From the IMG/VR virus record IMGVR_UViG_3300031992_000055, positions 29,683-93,682 of that record: a DNA stretch of 64,000 bases, one strand, 5' to 3'. Made by a program: the position numbers and the translations under genes. Under the pieces are notes generated by a model. The model had not been told where the DNA came from and ran no database searches. It saw only the letters and a program-made list of their open reading frames with translations. The stretch's first letter is position 1. Every line of letters starts with the position of its first letter. Positions 38,821 through 47,352 of this stretch are shown here, piece by piece. This stretch comes from a virus. Lineage: Duplodnaviria; Caudoviricetes.

Positions 38821-39861
38821 ATGGAAACGATAGAAGGGAAAATATCTGAGATAACAATAGAAGATAAGACTAATCGATACAAGTTTACTTTTGAAGAAAA
38901 GAAGAAACTGAATATTCTTATTATAGGAGATGCCCAAATATTTGCTCATGTAAAATATCTTCCTTTTATATTAGAGTCTGCTGGAATAAAATGTACAATA
39001 GGGGTACTATCTATGTGGGTAGGAGGAATAACACAATTGGGATGGGCCCAAGGAATGTACTATCATTATACAAATGGGGAAACATATTGGGATGAAGCTA
39101 CTTATTTTAGTGGAACAGATAGTGTTATTAATACTTCTGATAATTGGAATATATTAATTATTAATGATCGTAATGGTCAGGGAGAATATGGAGGCAGTGA
39201 AATTAATAGCTATAGGATATGGTCTGTAATTAGAGGTTTTTGTACAAAGTACAATATTAAAGCTTCTATTGGATTGGTAATACCTTGGCATCCTATTAGT
39301 AAGGAGTTGTTAACTAATTTATCTACTTGTATTGATGAAATTTCTTATTGGAAAGATTCAGTTTTGAATTATTCAGGCTGTCATTGTATTTGTGATTTTA
39401 TAATCCATGAAAGTTTGGCTTTAACTTTAGCATCATGTGTATGGTATAGGAAGTGGGATGTTGTAAAAGGAATGGTAGAAGCAGACCATATAGAAGATTC
39501 TCAAGTAGATGATAATGGAGCTCCTATAATCTGTGCTGGAGCGCAAGGGCTAACAACTAGTTATTTGTATGCTGCAGCAATAAACAAATACCTTGGTTTA
39601 GGCAAAAACTTGCATACAATTTCTTGGTGTGATCCGTATGATGATACTACAAACTATAATTTAACTCCTTATCAAGATTACTTTGACGAAGGAAGTGATT
39701 TAACAACTCCTCGTTATTATAATAGAGCTGGAGATAGTGAAGTGTTGGATGTAATAGAAGATATGGAACAATTTAGCTGTGCTTTTGATATAGTTAATAT
39801 TGTCAATACTCAAGCAGATGCTATTATTCAAGATTTTAAAGACATAATAAGTTCCGTATAG
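38821..39861 (+). CDS. Divergent SGNH-hydrolase-like protein
   Basis: LNILIIGDA...YLPFIL...IGVL resembles SGNH block I but lacks the Ser. Confidence 0.4.
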   Translation: METIEGKISEITIEDKTNRYKFTFEEKKKLNILIIGDAQIFAHVKYLPFILESAGIKCTIGVLSMWVGGITQLGWAQGMYYHYTNGETYWDEATYFSGTDSVINTSDNWNILIINDRNGQGEYGGSEINSYRIWSVIRGFCTKYNIKASIGLVIPWHPISKELLTNLSTCIDEISYWKDSVLNYSGCHCICDFIIHESLALTLASCVWYRKWDVVKGMVEADHIEDSQVDDNGAPIICAGAQGLTTSYLYAAAINKYLGLGKNLHTISWCDPYDDTTNYNLTPYQDYFDEGSDLTTPRYYNRAGDSEVLDVIEDMEQFSCAFDIVNIVNTQADAIIQDFKDIISSV

Positions 39862-39878
39862 TCAAATGCAATAAAATA

Positions 39879-40016
39879 ATGAGTACGACAAAAATAAAAC
39901 AAGTAAAAAAAGAAACTGATTCTTCAAAAAGAAGAAGAGCCAATCCTGTAGCAGCAAAAGCAGGATATACTAAAACTCCAGGAAGAAGATATGGCTGTGG
40001 AGGGAAACTTAAATAG
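39879..40016 (+). CDS. Small basic protein ending YGCGGKLK (45 aa, not in ORF track)
   Basis: MSTTKIKQVKK...GRRYGCGGKLK; overlaps the next gene. Confidence 0.65.
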   Translation: MSTTKIKQVKKETDSSKRRRANPVAAKAGYTKTPGRRYGCGGKLK

Positions 40017-40383
40017 ATTATTATATAAGGTTGTGTTGTTTTCTGTGAAGGTGATTCCTATGATTATCATGGGAATCTACCTTCTCAACACAATATTGTC
40101 TTATGTAGGTATAGACCTATTATTGTTTTCCTATTTAGTACAGTTCTTGTTTATAGGTTTAATGTACTTAACTTCTTATGCTTTTAAGTTCTGTTCTTGG
40201 CATAGAATGTTTATTCACTATATCTTTATTACTTTAGTATTAAATATCTGGGATTATCATATTGGAATACCTTTATCTGATAGAGGCATTCTTTCTCTCT
40301 ATATAATCATTACTTCTATTTGTTTATTATCTGCTATTTATTTAAAGTTTAAAGCATGCAAGCATCAATTATCAGACTGTTAG
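39991..40383 (+). CDS. Four-TM membrane protein
   Basis: Hydrophobic segments; FKFCSWHRMFIHY. Confidence 0.75.
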   Translation: MAVEGNLNRLLYKVVLFSVKVIPMIIMGIYLLNTILSYVGIDLLLFSYLVQFLFIGLMYLTSYAFKFCSWHRMFIHYIFITLVLNIWDYHIGIPLSDRGILSLYIIITSICLLSAIYLKFKACKHQLSDC

Positions 40384-40637
40384 TAAATCAACTTAGAAAG
40401 ACTGCTGATAAAATAGAGGCAGGAAATTGTGAACTCAGTGATTCAGAAGCAATGGATATAATGGGCATTATATCTCATCAGGCAATGAGTAAAGCAGATG
40501 CTTGTGCTTATCTTAATATAAGTAGAAGTAGATTTGATGATTTAGTAAAGGAAGGAAAATTACCAAAAGGCAAGAAGAGAAGAGGTTTTAAAGAGCTTGT
40601 CTATTATAAAGAAGATTTAGATTTAGCACTAAAGTAA
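40356..40637 (+). CDS. HTH (excisionase/AlpA-like) DNA-binding protein
   Basis: SKADACAYLNISRSRFDDLVKEGKLPKG. Confidence 0.8.
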   Translation: MQASIIRLLVNQLRKTADKIEAGNCELSDSEAMDIMGIISHQAMSKADACAYLNISRSRFDDLVKEGKLPKGKKRRGFKELVYYKEDLDLALK

Positions 40638-40790
40638 TGAGTTTTATCTCTAACTATTTGATAGTTAGGGATTTATTTTATTTATAGGCATTGTTTTCAT
40701 TCAGTTAGTTTATGTTCTATCTTTGCACTGTACTTCGAGGTATAGTGTTTTTTATTTTATTACTAACTAGATTAAAACAATTTTACTATT

Positions 40791-41756
40791 ATGGGAGAAA
40801 ATGGAGTTTTAGTATTCCCTGATGCTGCCAAGGCTGCTTCAAGTTTAGATCCTAATCTCTTACTTGCCTTACAGAATAATGGTGGTTTTGGCAATAATAA
40901 CTGGATTTGGATTCTTTTCCTTTGGATGCTTTATGGCAACAATGGTTGGGGAAACAATGGCTTTAATGGAAACAATGGAACAGGCTATCTTGCCAATCAG
41001 ATTAGCAATGGTGAAGGCAGAGATTTGCTTCTTCAGGCTATTAATGGCAGGGCTGATGCTATTGGTCAGCTTGCACAGATTACCAATACTGGTATTGACA
41101 CTGTGAAGAATGGTATTTTTGCTCTCCAGAATGCTATCAATCAAGTTGGCAATCAAGTGGGCATGAGTGGTCTCCAAGTGCAGAATGCTGTACAGGCTGG
41201 TAATGCTGCTCTTAGCCAGCAGCTTTGCAACTGTTGCTGTGAGAACAGGCTTGCTACTTTAAATCAGACTAATGCTCTGCAGAGTCAGGCAGCTGCTAAC
41301 TATTCAGCATCTACTCTTCAGGCAGCCCAAAACCAAGCTGCTGCTCAGCTTCAGATGGCTCAGATTGAAAGTGCTGATCAGCTTGCTGTATGTCAGCAGA
41401 CTAATCAGTTGGGAAGCCAGGCAGATAGGAATACTAATAGTATCTTGAATGCTATTGCAGGACAGAATACCTTAATTACACAGGAATTCTGCGCACTTAA
41501 GGAGAGAGAACTGCAGAACAAGATTGATACTCAAGGAGATATTATTACTCAGCTTAGAGGACAGATTAGTAATGACAAGCAGACAGAGGCATTTAATGCT
41601 GCATTTAATTCTTTGAATGATAAGATTAATAGCATTGCTGCACGTCAGCCTAATACTGTTCCTGTGCAGTGGCCTAACATTGTAGCTGCTAATGCTACTC
41701 CTTATGTGGGCAGTGTTTATGGTGGATATTATCCTCAGAATAACTTCTGGAATTAA
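40791..41756 (+). CDS. Membrane-anchored N/Q-rich coiled-coil protein with CxCCC motif
   Basis: WIWILFLWMLY TM flanked by G/N-rich segments; QLCNCCCENRL; long heptads. Own TATCTTTG promoter at 40718. Confidence 0.8.
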   Translation: MGENGVLVFPDAAKAASSLDPNLLLALQNNGGFGNNNWIWILFLWMLYGNNGWGNNGFNGNNGTGYLANQISNGEGRDLLLQAINGRADAIGQLAQITNTGIDTVKNGIFALQNAINQVGNQVGMSGLQVQNAVQAGNAALSQQLCNCCCENRLATLNQTNALQSQAAANYSASTLQAAQNQAAAQLQMAQIESADQLAVCQQTNQLGSQADRNTNSILNAIAGQNTLITQEFCALKERELQNKIDTQGDIITQLRGQISNDKQTEAFNAAFNSLNDKINSIAARQPNTVPVQWPNIVAANATPYVGSVYGGYYPQNNFWN

Positions 41757-41774
41757 TCAGGAAGGAGGTGAACT

Positions 41775-42122
41775 ATGAATGGTTCTACTAATTATCCTGT
41801 TAACTTTTCTAATATGAGAGGCATACCAATGATTGCTTCAACTTCTGTAGAGGTTACTGATACCAATGTAGTTATTGGTCTTCCAAGAAGAGCCTTTAGA
41901 GGATTGGCAGATAGTGGTATTCTTGCATTCAGACTTACTCAAGAGATTCCTACAACAGGAGCTGCTCTTCCTGTAGTATTCAGCTCTGCTGATTTTCTTC
42001 AGACTTTGACTGTAGTTGGAGGTACAGCAGCAACAGGAGCTCAGGTAACTCCTGCAGGTGTATATCTGATATGGTATGATAAGTGTGCAAGCACTATGCA
42101 ATTATTGACAGTTGCCCCATAA
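41775..42122 (+). CDS. Small beta-rich protein of the accessory module
   Basis: In operon; GGAGG RBS-like leader. Confidence 0.7.
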   Translation: MNGSTNYPVNFSNMRGIPMIASTSVEVTDTNVVIGLPRRAFRGLADSGILAFRLTQEIPTTGAALPVVFSSADFLQTLTVVGGTAATGAQVTPAGVYLIWYDKCASTMQLLTVAP

Positions 42123-42147
42123 ATATTAATAAATAAAAGTATTAACT

Positions 42148-42636
42148 ATGTTTTCAAATTTAAGTAAAGGCAGTGTATTGTATGGTTTGGATACTAAAGA
42201 TAAAGTCAAAGTATTCACTGCATCAGTAGAGATGGTATCTTTACCTTATCCTAGAAATACTCAAACTACATTTGGACAATTACCAGAAATGGTTGTTGAT
42301 ATTGTAGTTAATGTAGGAGGGGAAAAGAAAGAATTTAAAAGAGTTCCTGCTAATAATCTTATTGCTGATTTTGGACCTAATACTTTAGTATTATCTGATA
42401 CTAAAGATTCTCTGATTAACTATATAAAATCATTAAGACAAGAGAGTAAAAATGTTGTAGATAGCTATCCAAGACATCAGGAATTAATTCCTCAGTATGA
42501 TAAAGCATTACAAGATTTAGATCCTGGTATTGCTAATGAGAATGTAGTAAAAGAGTTGAGAAATCAAGTATCTACAATGCAGAGTCAATTTGCTGAAATA
42601 CTTGCCTTACTTAAAGCTGATAACTCTAAAAAATAA
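42148..42636 (+). CDS. Accessory-module protein (beta-barrel-like N-terminus plus coiled coil)
   Basis: MFSNLSKGSVLYGLD... Confidence 0.7.
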   Translation: MFSNLSKGSVLYGLDTKDKVKVFTASVEMVSLPYPRNTQTTFGQLPEMVVDIVVNVGGEKKEFKRVPANNLIADFGPNTLVLSDTKDSLINYIKSLRQESKNVVDSYPRHQELIPQYDKALQDLDPGIANENVVKELRNQVSTMQSQFAEILALLKADNSKK

Positions 42637-42640
42637 AGAT

Positions 42641-42847
42641 ATGGTAGTAATGTATAGAATGTCTGCTGAGAAAAGAGACAAGATGATCCACAAGTTGGAC
42701 AAGATGATGGATTTCCTTGAAGAGTACAAAACTTGCCTTGAGGAGGCTTCTGAAGAAGAGGAATATCGTGGTGGAAGTTACCGCAAGGATAAAGAGTGGG
42801 ATGAAGAGGAGTCCTATAGAGGTGGTAGATATAGATATCGTCGTTAA
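42641..42847 (+). CDS. Small protein with acidic/YRGG repeats
   Basis: EEEEYRGGSYR...SYRGGRYRYRR; start chosen just after the upstream stop. Confidence 0.7.
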   Translation: MVVMYRMSAEKRDKMIHKLDKMMDFLEEYKTCLEEASEEEEYRGGSYRKDKEWDEEESYRGGRYRYRR

Positions 42848-42855
42848 TTATTAAT

Positions 42856-42880
42856 GGGCTTGGCTCTGTCAAGCCCTTTT
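42856..42880 (+). terminator. Intrinsic terminator
   Basis: GGGCTTG/CAAGCCC plus TTTT. Confidence 0.7.
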
Positions 42881-42892
42881 AAATTCTAAGCT

Positions 42893-43309
42893 ATGTACAG
42901 TACAAAGACAGGAAGTTATGATGAGATACCTGATGGTATGAAGTACTACATTAATAATTATGGTTGCCATTTCAATAAGAAACTTAGTGATGAGGCAGCT
43001 AGAAGAATGTATGCTATTACTGCAGGTAAGAAGACCAGAATAAAACCTTATACCAAAGAACAAGTTGATACTCTACTTAAAACCTATAATATAGAAATCC
43101 AAAGAGGAAAACTCTATGATTGTGTATATGTAGCTAATATGTGTAAAGCTGATTTCTTTGGTAAGTCAGTACCTTCTGAAGAGCATCTTGCTAAATATAT
43201 TAAAGATGTAATTGATGATGTTGATGCTACAGAAGGATATGTGTTTAATAGGTTTTATGCTGATTGTATGTTTATGGATAATCCTATAGATTGGGAAGAC
43301 ATGATATGA
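42893..43309 (+). CDS. Helical phage protein of the accessory module
   Basis: YGCHFNKKL...YDCVYVANMCKADF...IDWEDMI. Confidence 0.75.
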   Translation: MYSTKTGSYDEIPDGMKYYINNYGCHFNKKLSDEAARRMYAITAGKKTRIKPYTKEQVDTLLKTYNIEIQRGKLYDCVYVANMCKADFFGKSVPSEEHLAKYIKDVIDDVDATEGYVFNRFYADCMFMDNPIDWEDMI

Positions 43310-43707
43310 TTAAGCAAGTATTTCATATAAAGAACTATTGGAAGGTTATAGTCTACTATAATGTGGACTATAACTTTTTTGATATTATCAGAAAAGATCT
43401 TGTAAAAATAAATGCTTCTGATACAACTATAGATGATATTTATTATAATTTAGTTGTAAGAGAAGCTAAAGGTGCTACTTATAGCAATACCCATAAACAT
43501 GTTAGTATAATGTTGTTTAATCACCACTCTTCTAAAACTGACTATATTAATACTGTTGTTCATGAGGCAGAGCACGTTAAGCAGGCAATGTTAAAAGTGT
43601 ATAAGGTAGAAGACAAAGGGGAATCTCCTGCTTATACTATAGGATATTTACTCTCAAAAATGTACCCTGTAGTAATGAAGATTATAAATAGACTGTCTGT
43701 TTTTTAA
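43306..43707 (+). CDS. HExxH zinc metalloprotease-like protein
   Basis: VVHEAEH...E.PAY..GYL. Confidence 0.7.
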   Translation: MIKQVFHIKNYWKVIVYYNVDYNFFDIIRKDLVKINASDTTIDDIYYNLVVREAKGATYSNTHKHVSIMLFNHHSSKTDYINTVVHEAEHVKQAMLKVYKVEDKGESPAYTIGYLLSKMYPVVMKIINRLSVF

Positions 43708-43783
43708 TATTAGTAGTTTTTTAATGTGATTCCTTTCAGGAATTAATTATCTTAATTTTGTGCTTCGGAAGAATAGGTGTTTT

Positions 43784-46054
43784 ATGGATAATTTCATATT
43801 TAATAAATGTCAGACTTCTCTAAAGGAATTAGAGTTACAAAAATACCCTGAAGAAGTACAGGAAATGTTTTGGGGCTTCCTTAATAATGTGCCTTTTATT
43901 AAATGGATGGTATCTCCAGATAGGCCTCTTATATCTGAGTTACCAAGAGATAAATATGGTAGAGCTATTATTGATGTTGCCCATCCTCCTATACTTGAAG
44001 GCTCAGACTATTTCAGAAGTACTGCTCTAAAGTGGCAGGAAAGAGGTTCATATACCCATCTCAGGCCTAGCATAAATCCTAACAGCGATTTTGGTAAATG
44101 GCTGTTAGAAGAGAAAAATAGAGGCTGGGAAGGGTATGTGAATCCTAAAACAGGAATGTGGGTAACTGGAGATTACTATTGGATGCTTAACTATTGTCCT
44201 ATACATATGGTTGTTAAAAGGGATGATGGTTTGGAAATGCGTGCTACTAGGCATCCTAAATTTTGGGATGGGCAATTTTTGATATCTCATTATATATATC
44301 AAAGTAGAATTAATAAGCATCATTCTGCATATCTTGCTAGTCGTGGTAAAGGAAAAACGTCATTTGCTGCTGCTATGCTTGCCAAAAGATTTATTATAGG
44401 AGAAGCTTCTGATAACAGGAAAGAGGTACAATGTATGGTTACAGCAGCGGATAGAACAAAGCTGATAGGTACTAACCAGATACTTGATGTATTTGTAGAC
44501 AACATAGACTTTTGTGCCAAAAACACTCAATTTGATTCTCTCAGATTAAAGAGTAGTATACAGGAGTTATATTGGGAGATGGGATATAAGAAAAGAGGTA
44601 GTGATGCTGCCTATGGTTCTAAGAATTCAGTATCCGGCATTATTTCAGGTATTAACCAAGATAAGCTTAATGGTTCCCGTGGTGTGCTTTATCTTATAGA
44701 AGAGGCTGGTATCTTTAGAGACTTAAGAGATGTATATAGTCTTATAAGGCCTTCTGTAGAACAGGGTTCTTCAGTGTTTGGATTAATTTGTCTTTATGGT
44801 ACAGCAGGTAATGAGCAGAGTGATTTTACGTCATTTGCAGAAATGTTCTATTCTCCAGAAGGATATAATATAAATTCCCTTGATAATGTTTTTGATAAAG
44901 AAGGGCAGGGCAGACAGAAATGTGCTATGTTTTATCCTGCATATATGAACTATGATGATAGTTGTGTAGATAAAGATGGTAACAGTGATGTTACTAAGGC
45001 TTTGCTTACTTTATGTGCAGATAGATACAAAGTTAAATATGGCACTTCTGATATTAATGCTATAACTAAGAGAATCTCCCAATATCCTATTACTCCTCAA
45101 GAGGCTATTATTAGGAGTCAAGGCAACGTGTTTCCTGTTACAGAATTAAATGAAAGACTTAATCAAATAGATAATAATCCTAGTGAGTATGATGATGTTT
45201 ATGTTGGTGAGCTAGTACAGGAAGGAAGTAAAGGAGAAGTAAAGTTTAATCCTACTATCGACGTACCCATAAGGAATTTTCCTACTGCTGATAATAAAGT
45301 TAAAGGGGCTATTGAAATATTTCAGATGCCTGAAAAGAATGCTAATGGTGAAATTCCTTTTGGAAGATATATAATTAGTTTTGACCCTGTAGATTCAGAT
45401 GAGGCTAAGACAATGTCTTTAGGCTCATGTCTTGTATTAGATTTGTGGACAGATAAAATAGTGGCTGAGTATACAGGAAGGCCTATGTTTGCGGATGATC
45501 TCTATGAGATAGTAAGAAAGATGTGCTTGTTTTATAATGCTTTATGTATGTATGAGCAGAATATTAAAGGTACCTTTTCTTATTTTAGTTCTCATAATTG
45601 TTCTCATCTTCTTGCTACTACTCCTGAGTATTTGAAAGACAAGCAGCTTGTTTCTAATATAGGGTATGGTAATAAAGCTTGTGGTATTCATGCTACTGTA
45701 CCTATTATTAATTATGGATTTAGACTTATAAGAGATTGGCTTTTAAAATCAGATACTAAAATAGAAAAGGATGCAGAAGGCAATGAGGCGGAAGTGACTT
45801 TGCCTCATTTGTATCATATAAGAAATAGAGCATTATTGCAAGAGCTAATTCAATGGAATCCTAATGGTAACTTTGATAGAGTAATGTCTTTAGTACAGCT
45901 GATGTTGTATAGGGAAGAGAAGATGGTGTTGTTTCAAGGAAATCTTAGGAAGCAAGAAACAAGTTCTGGTCTTGAAAATGATGATTATTGGGAAAGAAAT
46001 TTTCATCCTTCAAGGGCAAAAACAAACAGAAGCCTTACTAATTTTTTTAGATGA
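43784..46054 (+). CDS. terL: Terminase large subunit
   Basis: ASRGKGKT Walker A, IEEAG Walker B, YGTAG, FDPVD nuclease, GNFDRV. Confidence 0.93.
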   Translation: MDNFIFNKCQTSLKELELQKYPEEVQEMFWGFLNNVPFIKWMVSPDRPLISELPRDKYGRAIIDVAHPPILEGSDYFRSTALKWQERGSYTHLRPSINPNSDFGKWLLEEKNRGWEGYVNPKTGMWVTGDYYWMLNYCPIHMVVKRDDGLEMRATRHPKFWDGQFLISHYIYQSRINKHHSAYLASRGKGKTSFAAAMLAKRFIIGEASDNRKEVQCMVTAADRTKLIGTNQILDVFVDNIDFCAKNTQFDSLRLKSSIQELYWEMGYKKRGSDAAYGSKNSVSGIISGINQDKLNGSRGVLYLIEEAGIFRDLRDVYSLIRPSVEQGSSVFGLICLYGTAGNEQSDFTSFAEMFYSPEGYNINSLDNVFDKEGQGRQKCAMFYPAYMNYDDSCVDKDGNSDVTKALLTLCADRYKVKYGTSDINAITKRISQYPITPQEAIIRSQGNVFPVTELNERLNQIDNNPSEYDDVYVGELVQEGSKGEVKFNPTIDVPIRNFPTADNKVKGAIEIFQMPEKNANGEIPFGRYIISFDPVDSDEAKTMSLGSCLVLDLWTDKIVAEYTGRPMFADDLYEIVRKMCLFYNALCMYEQNIKGTFSYFSSHNCSHLLATTPEYLKDKQLVSNIGYGNKACGIHATVPIINYGFRLIRDWLLKSDTKIEKDAEGNEAEVTLPHLYHIRNRALLQELIQWNPNGNFDRVMSLVQLMLYREEKMVLFQGNLRKQETSSGLENDDYWERNFHPSRAKTNRSLTNFFR

Positions 46055-46141
46055 TATTAGTAAACTATTAATATTTAAATGATAACTTATTGTTATAGAT
46101 AATTTTGCATATAGAGTTTTAACTAAGAGAGGAGAATAGCA

Positions 46142-47305
46142 ATGGATGAAGAGTTAAGTTTTGACAATATCCTTGGTGAAGATGAGATTGAAACCTTATT
46201 CGTAGAACCTGAGGATAACAACGAAGAGCCTGAAACTTCAGAAGAAGAGCAGGATGATGATGAAAAAGAAAAGACTACTGAGGCTGTAAGTCCTGATGAG
46301 TTGTTTGAGGAGACACAGCCAGAGAGCGTAGGTAGTGGAAAGAAAAAAGAAGAAAAAGGGGAAAAGGAAGATGCTGTCCCTGAACAAGACAGTGGTACTT
46401 CTCCAAAAAACTTCTACTCTTCCATTGCCAGTGCTTTGGCAGTGGACGGTATCTTCCCTAACCTTGATGAAGATACAATTAGTAAGGTTGACACAGCGGA
46501 AGCATTTAGTGATTTGATTGAAGCTGAGATTAAAGCCAGACTTGATGATAGGCAACTTAGAGTATCTCAAGCACTTTCTAATGGTGTAGAACCTTCTGAT
46601 ATTAGAAAATATGAAAATACATTAAATTTCATAGCTTCTATAACGGAGGCATCTATAGCAGAAGAAGGAGAGAAAGGAGAGACTCTTAGAAGAAATCTTA
46701 TTTATCAAGACTTCCTTAATAAGGGGTATTCTCCTGATAAAGCTCAAAAGTTTACAGAAAGAACTATTGATGCTGGAACAGATGTAGAGGATGCCAAGGA
46801 AGCTCTTCAAAGTAATAAGGAATTTTTTCAAAATGCTTATAACAAGCTTTTACATGAAGCTCAACAAAAAGCAGATGCTGAAAAGGCAGAGAGGACTAAG
46901 CAGGTTGAGAAAGTTAAAGACTCCCTTTTGAAAGATAAAAATCTTTTAGGTGATCTTGAATTGAGTCAGGATATTCGTAAAAAGGTAGTAGACAATATCT
47001 TTAAGCCTGTTTATAAGGATCCTGATACTGGGGAATACCTCACAGCAATTCAAAAGTATGAGCTTGAGAACAGAAGTGATTTCCTAAAGTATGCTGGTCT
47101 TGTGTTTACCCTAACTAATGGATTTACTGACTTTGATTCCTTTACTAAAGGTAAAGTGAAGAAAGAAGTCAGAAAAGGTCTCAGAGAGTTGGAGCATACT
47201 CTTACTGGCATGAACAAATCTTCTGATGGAAATTTAAGAATGGTTTCCAATGGATATGGAGATCCAGAATCATTTATTGGTAAGGGTATAAAGCTAGACA
47301 TTTGA
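46142..47305 (+). CDS. Acidic/coiled-coil protein upstream of MCP (scaffold-like)
   Basis: Position and composition typical of crAss-like genomes. Confidence 0.6.
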   Translation: MDEELSFDNILGEDEIETLFVEPEDNNEEPETSEEEQDDDEKEKTTEAVSPDELFEETQPESVGSGKKKEEKGEKEDAVPEQDSGTSPKNFYSSIASALAVDGIFPNLDEDTISKVDTAEAFSDLIEAEIKARLDDRQLRVSQALSNGVEPSDIRKYENTLNFIASITEASIAEEGEKGETLRRNLIYQDFLNKGYSPDKAQKFTERTIDAGTDVEDAKEALQSNKEFFQNAYNKLLHEAQQKADAEKAERTKQVEKVKDSLLKDKNLLGDLELSQDIRKKVVDNIFKPVYKDPDTGEYLTAIQKYELENRSDFLKYAGLVFTLTNGFTDFDSFTKGKVKKEVRKGLRELEHTLTGMNKSSDGNLRMVSNGYGDPESFIGKGIKLDI

Positions 47306-47352
47306 GACTACATTATATAGAATGTATTTTTAATGTTTAACTTTTTATAAAA

